DNA from: Anolis carolinensis
Taxonomy: Eukaryota
Length of the DNA stretch: 64,000 bases
Assembly (NCBI RefSeq): GCF_035594765.1
Contig: NC_085842.1
Location: forward strand, 19,754,782-19,818,781
Reading direction: 5' to 3'
The notes under the pieces are model-generated. The model did not search any database and was not told the origin of the DNA. It was given only the letters and a program-made list of their open reading frames with translations. Every line of letters begins with the position of its first letter. Positions within the stretch are counted from its first letter, which is position 1. A program made the translations under genes and the position numbers. Of the stretch, positions 50,490 to 61,707 are shown in pieces.

Positions 50490-51328
50490 TACACTTTGGC
50501 AATAAAAATGAAATGCACAGATAGAGAATGACTGGGGAAAAAAATCCATGTGAAAGGGATCTCGGAGTCTTAAGAGACCACAAACTGAACATCAATCAAT
50601 AGTTTGATGCAGTAGCTGAAAAAGCCAATGCGATTTTAGACAGCATCAATAGGAGTATAGTGTCTAGAGATGGGGGAAAGCCATAGTCCTACTTTATTCT
50701 GTTTTGGTTAGGCCTCACCTAGAATAACCCCGTGTCCAGTTCTGAGCACCACAATTCAAGAAGGATGTCAACAAGAGATAGGCGACCAAAATGTCCAGAG
50801 ATGGGTGACCTAAATGACACAGGTTTGGAAGCTAAGCCCCATGAGGAACGTCTGAGGGAGCTGGGTACGTTTAGCCTAGAGAAAAGGAGGCTGAGAGGGG
50901 AAATGATGCCCATTTCTAAATATCTGAAAGGATGTCCCATTGAGGAGGGGGGGCAGCTTGCTTTCTGCTGCTCTGGAAAATAGGATACGAATTGTAGGAA
51001 AAGATTTCCTTGTGATTTCCTTTATTTCATCACTTTTAAACTTATTTATTATGCAATGCTTTTGACCCAAAATAAAAGAAAAGAAAAAGAGATTCTACCT
51101 AAACATTAGGAAGAACTCCTTAAGGGCAAGAGCTATTCAGCAGTAGAATAAGCAGCTGCCTTGGAGTGTGGTGGAATCTCCTTGTCTGAGAGTTTTTAAG
51201 AAGAGGCTGGATACCCATCTGTCGGGAGTGCTTTGAACTTGTGTTCCTGCATGGCAGAATTGGGTTGAAGTGGGGTTGAAGTGGATCTCCTTTGTGGTCT
51301 TGTCCATCTCTCTGATACTATGATTCCA
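50490..51328 (+). mobile_element. Degenerate CR1 LINE
   Basis: Encodes [18 protein letters not shown], followed by a CR1 3' UTR. Confidence 0.8.
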
Positions 51329-52061
51329 TGGCCACAACTCCCATTACCCTTCATCCAGCATAGGCAGTGGCCGGGAATTGAAATATGTAAGGTTTTGAAG
51401 CTCTGGAACCGGCTCACACTTTGATTGTTAACGGCAGATAACCATCTCATTCTTAGGTTCTACTGCGCTTTAGGAATTTTTATAATTTTTATACTCTTAC
51501 AATTTTATTAGTGGGATTTTATATGCAGTGTTGTTTACACTTATGTCTTTGTATTTATACTCGTGTATTGTTGTTTATGGAGCTCCCGATGGTGCAGTGT
51601 GTTATAGCGCTGAGCTGCTAAACTTGTGGACTGAAAGGTCACAGGTTCGAATCTGTGGAGCGGAGTGATCGTCCACTGTTAGCCCCAGCTTCTGCCAACC
51701 TAGCAGTTCGAAAACATGCAAATGTGAGATCAATAGGTACTGCACCAGCGGGAAGGTAACAGTGCTCCATACAGTCATGCCAACCACATGACCTAGGAGG
51801 TGTCTATGGACAAGGCCGGCTCTTAGACTTAGAAATGGAGATGAGCATAAGCCCCCAGAGTTGGACACAACTAGACTTAATGTCAGGGGAAAACCTTTAC
51901 CTTATTGTTGTTTATATGTGGCACTTGGAGTGCTTCTATGAGCCGCCCTAGAATCATAGAATCGTAGAGTTGGAAGAGACCTCACGGGCCATCCAGTCCA
52001 ACCCCCTGCCAAGAAGCCCTGAGTCCCTTCGGGGTGATGGTGGCGGGGTACAAATAAAAAT

Positions 52062-52119
<58 letters not shown>

Positions 52120-52252
52120 GATGCCTGTCTCTTTATAGATGGATTCTGCAGTCTGGTTCTGCACTCAGATGACATCTTAGACAAGAGGAAATTCAAGTAC
52201 CCTCCCTTCAAATTTGATTCAGAAGCCATGGGTAAAGAAGGAATGCTCTTGC

Positions 52253-52300
<48 letters not shown>

Positions 52301-52690
52301 TTATTTTTCTATCCCGCCACCATCTCCCCAAAGGGACTTGGGGTAGCTGACATGGGGCTAAACCCAAACACAAAAAAATCTGATAAATAAAACCAATATA
52401 AAAACAATATCAACAGAACATTCAGATATAACAAACAAATTAAAAACACAAAATACAAAAACACCATAGGAACCAGATAGGGAAGGTAATAAAAACGAAC
52501 ATCGCCATCAATGGATAAAATACCCAAAACACCTGGAGGGCCCAAGTTTGCCCATGCCTCCTAACTCCAGCAAATATGGAGATCTGGCTGTTGCAGATAG
52601 TATACAGCTGTGCAGTATTATAGATTTAAAATCCTTGTTTGCGTGTTTTGCCTCTACTGTGAATTAAAGCATCACTATACATCTCCGCAC

Positions 52691-53419
52691 CTGTTTGTCC
52701 TCTCTTTCGTCCTCTTGCTGCCGGAGCTGGAACTCCTCGGCCAAGGCCACGGCCTGTGCACAGGTCTCCGGCCCGTGTTCCCGGACCCACCTCTGCATTT
52801 CCCGAGGCAAGATGGTCAGCAGCTGCTCCAGGACCAGCAGCTCCAGGATCTGCTCCTTGGAGTGCCTCTCCACCCGCAGCCACCCACGGCACAGCTCCCA
52901 CAGCTGGCTGTAGGCCCCCCGCGGCCCCTCGACCTCCCGGTAGCAGAACCGGCGGAAGTGCTGCCGCTGCTTCTCCCTCCGGAGGGTGTCCTGGCGCAAG
53001 ATAGCCGCCTCGACCTTCCCGTAATCCTCCCGGTCTTGAGCCTCCAGGCTGTGAAAGGCCTGCTCGGCCTCCCCGTGAAGGGCAGGCATGAGGCGGACAG
53101 CCCACTCCTCCTTGGGCCACCGGCAGGCTTTGGCCACTTGCTCGAAGGAGGCCAGGAAGGCCCTGGTGTCGTCCCACGGGGCGGCCTCCTCCATGAACGG
53201 CGGGCCTCCCCATCCGGAAGAAGGCGATTCAACCCTCTCCAGGAACTCATGCCATTGGTGATCCCACCGCTGGAAGTGGCCATCGTCTTTCTCCTTTTTA
53301 ATCCGCTCTTCCAGTCTCTCCTGCGGGAACATGCCGATATTCCTGGCCTGCAGGACATAGGGTCCCTCGAAGCCGTTCCTTAAGATGCTGCTCATGGGGT
53401 CTTGTTCCTCCATTTTCAT
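52691..53419 (-). CDS. Gene F exon: extended SCAN (ESCAN)
   Basis: From ORF 52664-53434. MKMEE ATG at 53419. [33 protein letters not shown] plus the SCAN core. Donor CAG|GTGCGG. Acceptor TTTTTAG, so the exon starts at 53455. Confidence 0.92.
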
Positions 53420-53932
53420 CTCAGCAACCTTCAAGCCGGTCTCCTTGCTAGAGTCCTAAAAAGGTTAATAAGAAAGAAAGTGAAGACCTGGCTATGCGAA
53501 CAAGCGTTCAAATAATAAGTTTCGTTGGCTTCGACTCGGTCTGGACTAAGGTTTATGTACAAGGTTTTGTGGATGAATGGCTCAAGTATTTTAAATGTTT
53601 TTAATTGCTTATGTTTTATTCTTTTGTATTGTTGTATACTGGCATCGAATTCTGCTGGTTTTGTAAGCCGCCCTGAGTCCCTTCGGGTGAGAAGGGCGGG
53701 ATAGAAATTATGCAAATAAGTAAATAAATAACAGAATAGAAGAACTCTACTGTCATTGTACATTGTGACAATGCTGGCTCCTTGGCTTGGAAATGGAGAA
53801 GAGTACTGCCCCCAGAGCCAGAAATGAGCACGGCCTCAACAAACCAGAAATGAAAGGAGAAGCCTTTGCCTTTGTTTGTGTTGTGTGTCTCATCCTATGT
53901 GATTGTAACAAGGCATTGAATGTTGGCCTGTA

Positions 53933-53988
<56 letters not shown>

Positions 53989-54179
53989 TTTATTTTTATA
54001 CCCCGCCCCATCTCCCCGGAGGGGACTCGGTGCGGCTTACATGGGGGCCGAGCCCGAAACATACAGCAATAAAACGATAAAACAAATATTCCAACAGTAA
54101 AACGTCAATATCAATAAAACCATCATAAAAATCAACATACAGTATAAAAATGTTAAATGGCCTGTGTCTGCTTTATATA

Positions 54180-55670
54180 CTGTAATCTGCTCTGAATTGT
54201 TGGCAGACACCTGCTCGGCCCCACAGCCTTTATCCTGTGGGGTCGCGCAGGGCTCAATACTGTCTCCCATGTTATTTAACATCAACATGAAGCCGTTGGG
54301 AGAGATCATCCGGAGTTTTGGAGCTGGATGTCATCTGTACGCAGATGATGTTCAACTCGATCACTTCTTTCCACCTGTCACTAAGGAGGCTGTTCAGGTC
54401 CTGAACCAGTGCTTGGCAGATATGTTGGCCTGTGTTGGATGAGGTTATACTCCCCCTGAGGACACAGGTTTGCAGTTTGGGGGGTTTAGTTTTTACCTTT
54501 GTCAACTTGATATAGACTCAGGGTCTATTCCCATCCCAATTTGCACTTCCAAGAATTTGCAGCACTTTATCAGTCACCTCGTGTTTACAATATTTATATG
54601 GTGCACCTTACCCAGTCTACTTTTACAACCTCTCCATTTTAATCCATGTTTTTATTAGTTCTTGTCATTTGTTTTTATTGGCTAATGTTTAAATTTTTAT
54701 AATTGCACATGTCTTTTGTCTATTGTTGTGTTTTATGTTGCTATTGTTTTTATTCGGGCTTGGCCCCATGTAAGCCGCCCTGAGTCCCCTTTGGGGAGAT
54801 AGATGTGGGGTATAAAAATAAAGTTATTATTATTATAATTATTCTCCTGGACTCATCACTGAGGCTGGAACTCCTAGTTTCAGCAGTGGCCACGGGAACA
54901 TTTGCACAATTAAAACCTGTGTGCCAGTTGCTCCCGTACCTTGGGAAGTCAGACTTGGTCATGGTAATCTACACTCTGGTTACATCCTAAATAGACTACT
55001 GCAATGCTCTCTATGTGGGTTTGACTTTGAAGACTGTTAAGAAGCTTCATATGGTCCAACGGGGAGCAGCTGGATTGCTCACCAGAGCGACATACAGGCA
55101 GCATACAATCCCCCTGTTACATCAGCTCCACTGGCTGCCAGTCTGTTATCAAACACAATTCAAAGTACAGTACTGGCTTTATAAAATCCTAAACTGTTCT
55201 GGCCAGGCTTACCTGTCTGAACAGATCTCCCCCTATGTCTGGGGAGGCCCTGCTCTTGGTCCCACCTCTGTTGCAGGCGTAATTGGCAGGGATGAGAGAC
55301 TGGGCCTTCTCAGTGGTGGCCCCTCGGCTATGGAGTTTCCTCCCCAGGGATATTAGATGAGTTCCCTTCCTTCTGACCTTCCATAAGAAAGTGAAATTTT
55401 GGCTTTGCAATCAAGCCTTTGCAGATCTTGTGCAACAGATATGAAATGATGTGCAATTGACTCTTGGAATGGTCCAGACTATGTTTGTGGATTACAGGAT
55501 TAATTGTCAATGTATTGATTTAAATGTTGTAAGTGTTTTAATATATTTATAATTCTATTTTTAAATGTTTATATTAATTGTACATTGTTTTAAGGCATCA
55601 AATGGTTGCCTATGTGTAAAGCCGCCTTGAGTCCCCTCCAGGGTGGAGAAAGGAGAGGTAGAAATGCCGT
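54180..55670 (+). mobile_element. L2-clade LINE fragments
   Basis: GVAQGSILSPMLFNINMKPLGEII...LYADDVQL and LHQLHWLPV. Tail GCCGCCTTGAGTCCC. Confidence 0.8.
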
Positions 55671-56342
55671 GTGTGTGTGTGTGTGTGTGTATGAAAACCA
55701 ATTGCCAAGCATAAATAAATGTGGGTACCATTTATATAGGCCCGGGCTGTGGCGCAGGCGGGAGAGCAAGCCAGCTGTAATTAACTGCAATGAATCACTC
55801 TGATCAAGAGGTCATGAGTTCGAGGCCCGCTCGGAGCCTATGTTTGTTTGTCTTTGTTCTATGTTAAAAGGCACTGAATGTTTGCCTATATGTGTAATGT
55901 GATCTGCCCTGAGTTCCCTTCGGGGTGAGAAGGGCGGAATATAAATGCTGTAAATAAATAAAATAAATAAATACCATTTCTTTTCTTAAAGGATATAAAT
56001 TGGTTTCCTCAATTGGTCATAATCCAATAGGTGATGATCCTAACAGGTCATAATCCTCCATTTGGTTATGTGACCAGTGATTAACCAATAGGCAATAGGC
56101 TATAGTCTCTAATAATAATTTTTTAAAAAAATATTTATTTATATTCCGCTTTATCTCTCCGGAGGACTCAGGGTGGATTCCAACAAACAAAAAGGCAAAC
56201 ATCCAATGCCTCAGTAGTAAGTATAAACATAATAACCCAAAATAACCCCACACAAGAAAACAATTTATGACGAGATACCTATAAATTAAATAAAAACATA
56301 ACCTATCAAAAATTAAAACTAACATAAAATGTAAACATAAAA

Positions 56343-56385
<43 letters not shown>

Positions 56386-57099
56386 TATGAATTGATTTAC
56401 AGGGGCCAACGAAAGTCCACAAAGTTATGTATGTTGGTTGTGTGGCCAGCAATGTTAACTGGGTTAACATGGTCTGACACAGCCTAAATACAGTAGTAGG
56501 TTTCAATCAGAGGTCTGGCAGTGGTTTCTTATCATCTAATCCTCCTCCTCTCCTTATGCTAATGAGCAAAAAATCCAGTTTCTAACAAGATCATGTCTAT
56601 CCAAGAGGTTATCCAATATCTATATATTTGAATTGTGTATTGTACCCCGCCTTGAGGCCCGAAAAGATGTGTTTAAGAAGTACAATTTTCTCAATTATGT
56701 TTTAATTTTATATCAGTGTATTTTAATCTAGATGTTTGTAAATAGTTTTATGCTTTTATCTATTTAATTATGTGGTATCCCGCCTCAAACCTTCAGCAGA
56801 GATAGGTAAGAAATAATTTCTTTTCTTAATGTGTCTATGTCTTGGTTTTGGTTTTTTAACTATATATCTTGACTATGTCTCCCACCATTTATATCCTTTT
56901 CCACTCTTTACAAGAGACTTAATGGTTTCATATTTTTATCTATGCATTTTGACTATGTATCTCACCGTCATTGTTATTTATATGCCACCTTTTCTCTCTC
57001 AAAAGAGACTAACAGCAAGTTAAATTTAAAACCCCAAATATATAAGAATTGAAATTGAATTAAAAATAGGAATATTAAAAATAATGTTTTAATTATTAT

Positions 57100-57570
57100 T
57101 GTGTTGTTGAAGGCTTTCATGGCCAGAATCACTGGGTTGCTGTGAGTTTTCCGGGCTGTATGGCCATGTCCCAGAAGCATTCTCTCCTGACGTTTCACCC
57201 ACATCTATGGCAAACACCCCCAGAGATTGTGAGATCTGTTGGAAACTAGGCAAATGGAGTTTATATACCTTTGGAATGCCCAGGATGGGAGAAAGAACTC
57301 TTATCTGTGTTGTCGAAGGCTTTCATGGCTGGGATCACAGGGTTGTTGTATGTCTTTCGGGCTGTGTGGCCATGTTCCAGAAGTATTCTCTCCTGACGTT
57401 TCGCCCACATCTATGGCAGGCATCCTCAGGGTACCTCACAACCTCTGAGGATGCCTGCCATAAATGTGGGCGAAACGTCAGGAGAGAATACTTCTGGAAC
57501 ATGGCCACACAGCCCGAAAGACATACAACAACTCTTATCTGTTTGAGGCAAGTGTGAATGTTGCAACTTG
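57100..57570. mobile_element. Penelope pLTR (-) with a nested palindromic Penelope element (57309-57529)
   Basis: 13-bp duplication AACTCTTATCTGT at 57296-57308 and 57530-57542. Hammerhead cores at 57392-57431(-) and 57442-57482(+). Confidence 0.75.
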
Positions 57571-57714
57571 ATAATAATAATAATAAACTTTATTTATACC
57601 CCGCTCCATCTCCCGAAGGACTTGGGGCGGCTTACACTGGGACAAGTCCAAAACAGTATTACATCAATAAAAACAGTGACACAAAAAAAATCACAGTATA
57701 ATAACACATCTTAC

Positions 57715-57960
57715 AAAAGTGAAAATATCAGAGAAAGAGATTGAGGAAATTATAGATAATTTAAAACCTGGAAAGACCCCAGGATTGGATGGGCTAGGAC
57801 CTGAATATTACAAAAATATTATAAAATATTATTGATACCTAAATTAAAAGATGTATTTAATAGAATAACAAAGGGAGAAAAAATTCCACCATCATGGGAA
57901 CAATCGTTAATCACTTTAATTCTAAAACCTAATAAAGACCCTACAGATCCAGGATCGATC
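57715..57960 (+). mobile_element. L1/Tx1-clade RT fragment
   Basis: LKPGKTPGLDGLGPEYYK...IPPSWEQSLITLILKPNKDP. Confidence 0.7.
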
Positions 57961-58267
57961 GTACAGACCCATCTCATTCCCCTGCCTGGGGGAATCCTTT
58001 GTTGGGAGGTGTTAGCTGGCCCTGATTGTTTCCTGCCTGGAATTCCCCTGTCTTCTGAGTGTTGCTCTTTATTTACTGTCCTGATTTTAGAGGCTTTTTT
58101 TATTAATACTGGTAGCCAGATTTTATTCATTTTCATTTAATATATATTATATATTAAAATAAAAGCATCGTTTATTATTATTTAAAGGATGCTTTTGGGC
58201 GCACACACCGATATGGGGCAAACACACATACATATATGTATTGTTTACACATGTGTGCATATGTATG

Positions 58268-58298
<31 letters not shown>

Positions 58299-58480
58299 AA
58301 TATACACACACACAAACGCACACCACCCTCCTTTGGGCTGCTTTGCTCCCTTTCCTGCTTCTTTCCCCTTTCCCCCTCCCCTGTGATGCAATAACCCAGT
58401 TCCCCCCCCCCTTCCCGTTGCCATTTGGAACATTCCGGTTCCCCCCCTTTTTTTGTTTGTTTGTTAAGTTCAGCGTTCCA

Positions 58481-58733
58481 ACTCACCCAGAGCGCCGCAC
58501 AATAGCCTGGAGTGCCTCACGGGCTTGGCGGGGGCGGGGGCGGGGGAGGAGGAGGGAGGAAGGGAGGGAGGGAGGAGAGCGTGAGAAAGTTCAGTTTCCG
58601 GGGGCGGGGACAAGGACACAAGGGGGCGGGGCTTTGGTGGTGACGTCCTTCTCCAGCTACAGAAGCGGTTGCGGAGATCCCTCTCTCTATCTATATACAG
58701 CCGGCTCTCGGTATCCACGGCAGAGAAGCGAGA
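58481..58733. promoter_or_regulatory. CpG-rich promoter of gene F (probably bidirectional)
   Basis: Several GGGGCGGGG GC boxes, CRE-like TGACGTC near 58641, and a minus-strand donor TGG|GTGAGT near 58487. Flanked by diverged inverted repeats. Confidence 0.7.
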
Positions 58734-59029
58734 TGGAACGCTGGACTTTACAAAAAAAAGGAGGGGGAGCGGAATGTTCCAAAAGGGGAAGGGGCGTCAT
58801 TATTGCGTCATAAGGGGAAGAGAGGCAGAGAAGGAAGCCTCTCAACCCAAAGGAGGGCTGTGCATTCATATACTGTATATATTTATAGATATATATATAT
58901 ACACACATTTATTTATTTATTTATTTACAGTATTTATTAAAAAATCCAAATTTATTTAATGCTTACTTAGACCATAGGTCTTTCGCATGCAAGACAAACA
59001 AACAAATACACAAAAGCCAGACCATCAAA

Positions 59030-59917
59030 TCTATATATATAAAAGAGTGATGGAATCCTGGCGACCGCCAAAACAACAAAACTAAACACCCCACAACCTC
59101 GAAATTTGACAACACAACCCATCATCCACGGCTCTAGGTTGATACAACAAAAAGAAAAGAAAAATAAAGTCCTAATTAGAGGGAGAGGAATAATTGTTTT
59201 TATCCAATTGCTGCCAGTTAGAAGGCTAAGCTCCGCCCACTTGGTCTCCTAGCAACCCACTCAGCCCAGGGCACAGGCAGAGTTAGGCCTCACTTAGGCC
59301 TCTTCCACACTGCCTATAAAATACACATTATCAGATTTTAACTGGATTAGATGGCAGTGTAGACCAGGGGTCCCCAAACTAAGGCCCGGAGGCCAGATAC
59401 GGCCCTCCAAGGTCATTTACCTGGCCCCCGCCCTCAGTTTTAGACTTAGGCTTGCCCAAAGTCTGAAATGACTTGAAGGCACACAACAATCCTAATTAAC
59501 TTGACTATCTCATTGGCCAGATGCAGGCCCACGCTTTCCATTGAAATCCCAATAGGTTTATGTTGGTTAATTTTTTTTAAAAGTATTCTTTCGTTGTTGT
59601 TGTTGTTATACTACAAATTAGACATGTGCAGTATGCATAGGAATTTGTTTGTATTTTTTTAAATGATAATTTGGCCCCTCAACAGTCTGAGGACCATCAA
59701 CCGGCCCTCCACTTAAAAAGTTTGAAGACCCCTGGTGTAGACTCAAGGCCCTTCCACACAGCTATATAACCCATTTATAATCTTATATTATCTGCTTTAA
59801 CTGGATTATCTGGACTCCACACCTTTACCCTTTACCTTAACTACCACCAATTCCTCAATACTTTATTTCCCATACCACCATACTTCGCCACAGCAACGCG
59901 TGGCCGGGCACAGCTAG
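59030..59917 (+). mobile_element. Non-autonomous Helitron with nested hAT MITE (about 59365-59735)
   Basis: A|TC start, GCCACAGCAACGCGTGGC hairpin, CTAG|T end. Confidence 0.8.
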
Positions 59918-61332
59918 TACTGTATATATTTATAGATATATATACACACATTTATTTATTTATTTACAGTATTTATATTCCGCCCTTCTTTCTCACCCCA
60001 AAGGGGACTCAGGGCGGATCACATTATACACACATAGGGCAAACATTCAATAAACATCAGACAGAGACAAAGACAGACGCAGAGGCAATTTAACCTTCTC
60101 CTGAGGGGATGTTCGATTCTGGCCACAGGGGGGAGCAGCTGCTTCATCATCCACTCTGATGGCACTTCCTCATTCCAGGTCGTAACTTAGTTAAACTTGC
60201 CTCCCCACTTTTTTATAAGTGGTACCTTATTTCCTACTTGATAGATGCAACTATCTTTCGGGTTACTAGGTCAGCAACGAGCAGGGGCTATATTTTTATT
60301 TTTAATTGATGGGTGCTCACCCCGCCACGGGCTGGCCTCGAACTCATGACCTCATGGTCAGAGTGATTTATTGCAGCTGCTCAACAGCCTGCGCCACAGC
60401 CCGGCCCCTATATACAGCAGAGTCTCCCTTATCCAAGCTAAACGGGCCGGCAGAATGTTGGATAAGCAGATATGTTGGATAATAAGGAGGGATTAAGGAA
60501 AAGCCTATTAAACATCAAATTAGGTTATGATTTTGCAAATTAAGCACCAAAACATCATGTTATACAACAAATTTGACAGAAAAAGTAGTTCAATACGCAG
60601 TCATGATATGTTGTAATATCCAACACTCGCTTATCCAACATTCTGGATTATCCAACGCATTTTTGTAGTCAATGTTTTCAATACATTGTGATATTTTGGT
60701 GCTAAATTCATAAATACAGTAATTACTACATAGCATTACTGCATATTGAACTACTTTTTCTGTCAAAATGATGTTTTGGTGCTTAATTTGTAAAATCATA
60801 GCCTAATTTGATGTTTAATAGGCTTTTCCTTAATCCCTCCTTATTATCCAAGATATTTGCTTATCCAACATTCTGCTGGCCCGTTTATGTTGGATAAGTG
60901 AGACTCTACTGTATATATATATACACACACACATATATACAAATGTAATGTGCATAATTAAGACTGAGTTAACAACAAAACCACTGGGCCAAATCACACC
61001 AAATTTGGCCACAATACTCCTCACTTTCCAAGGAGTGACCATAGACAGAAAAAGAAAGAAAGAAAACAAACAAGAAACCAGAGACAATGCCAGAAAAATC
61101 CCATTGTTACCCAACTTGAATACCATTGAATAGCCTTGCAGCTTCAAAGCCTGGCTGATTCATACCTACGGGACTCCATTCTTGGCCAACTTGAATACCA
61201 CTGAATAGCCTTGCAGCTTCAAAGCCTGGTTGCTTCATACCTAGGGGGATCCTTTCTAGGCCACCTTGAATGTCACAAAGAAAACCCCCACTTAGGACTA
61301 TGCCACAGCAACGCGTGGCTGAGCACAGCTAG

Positions 61333-61368
<36 letters not shown>

Positions 61369-61707
61369 AGACTGGGGACCCGGCGGTACCCGGGTTTTTA
61401 GAAGAAGGCGTTGTTTGTTTTGGCATGCTAGGTAGTATCACTTAAGCTTGGTCCAGATCCATCGTTAGCTGGGTTCAGTGGCCTCTGGATAAGGGTGAAC
61501 TACAATTCCCAGATCCGAAGTCAGTCGCCCCCAAACAGGCCTGTATGCACAGTGGGCCATGTAATATTAATTACCGTATAGTGATATAGTATAGTATAGT
61601 AATTTAATGCTAATATTGTGCTATGGTAATAATATAATATATTGTAAAGATATAATAATATAATATATTGTAAAGATATAATAATATAATATATTGTAAA
61701 GATATAA

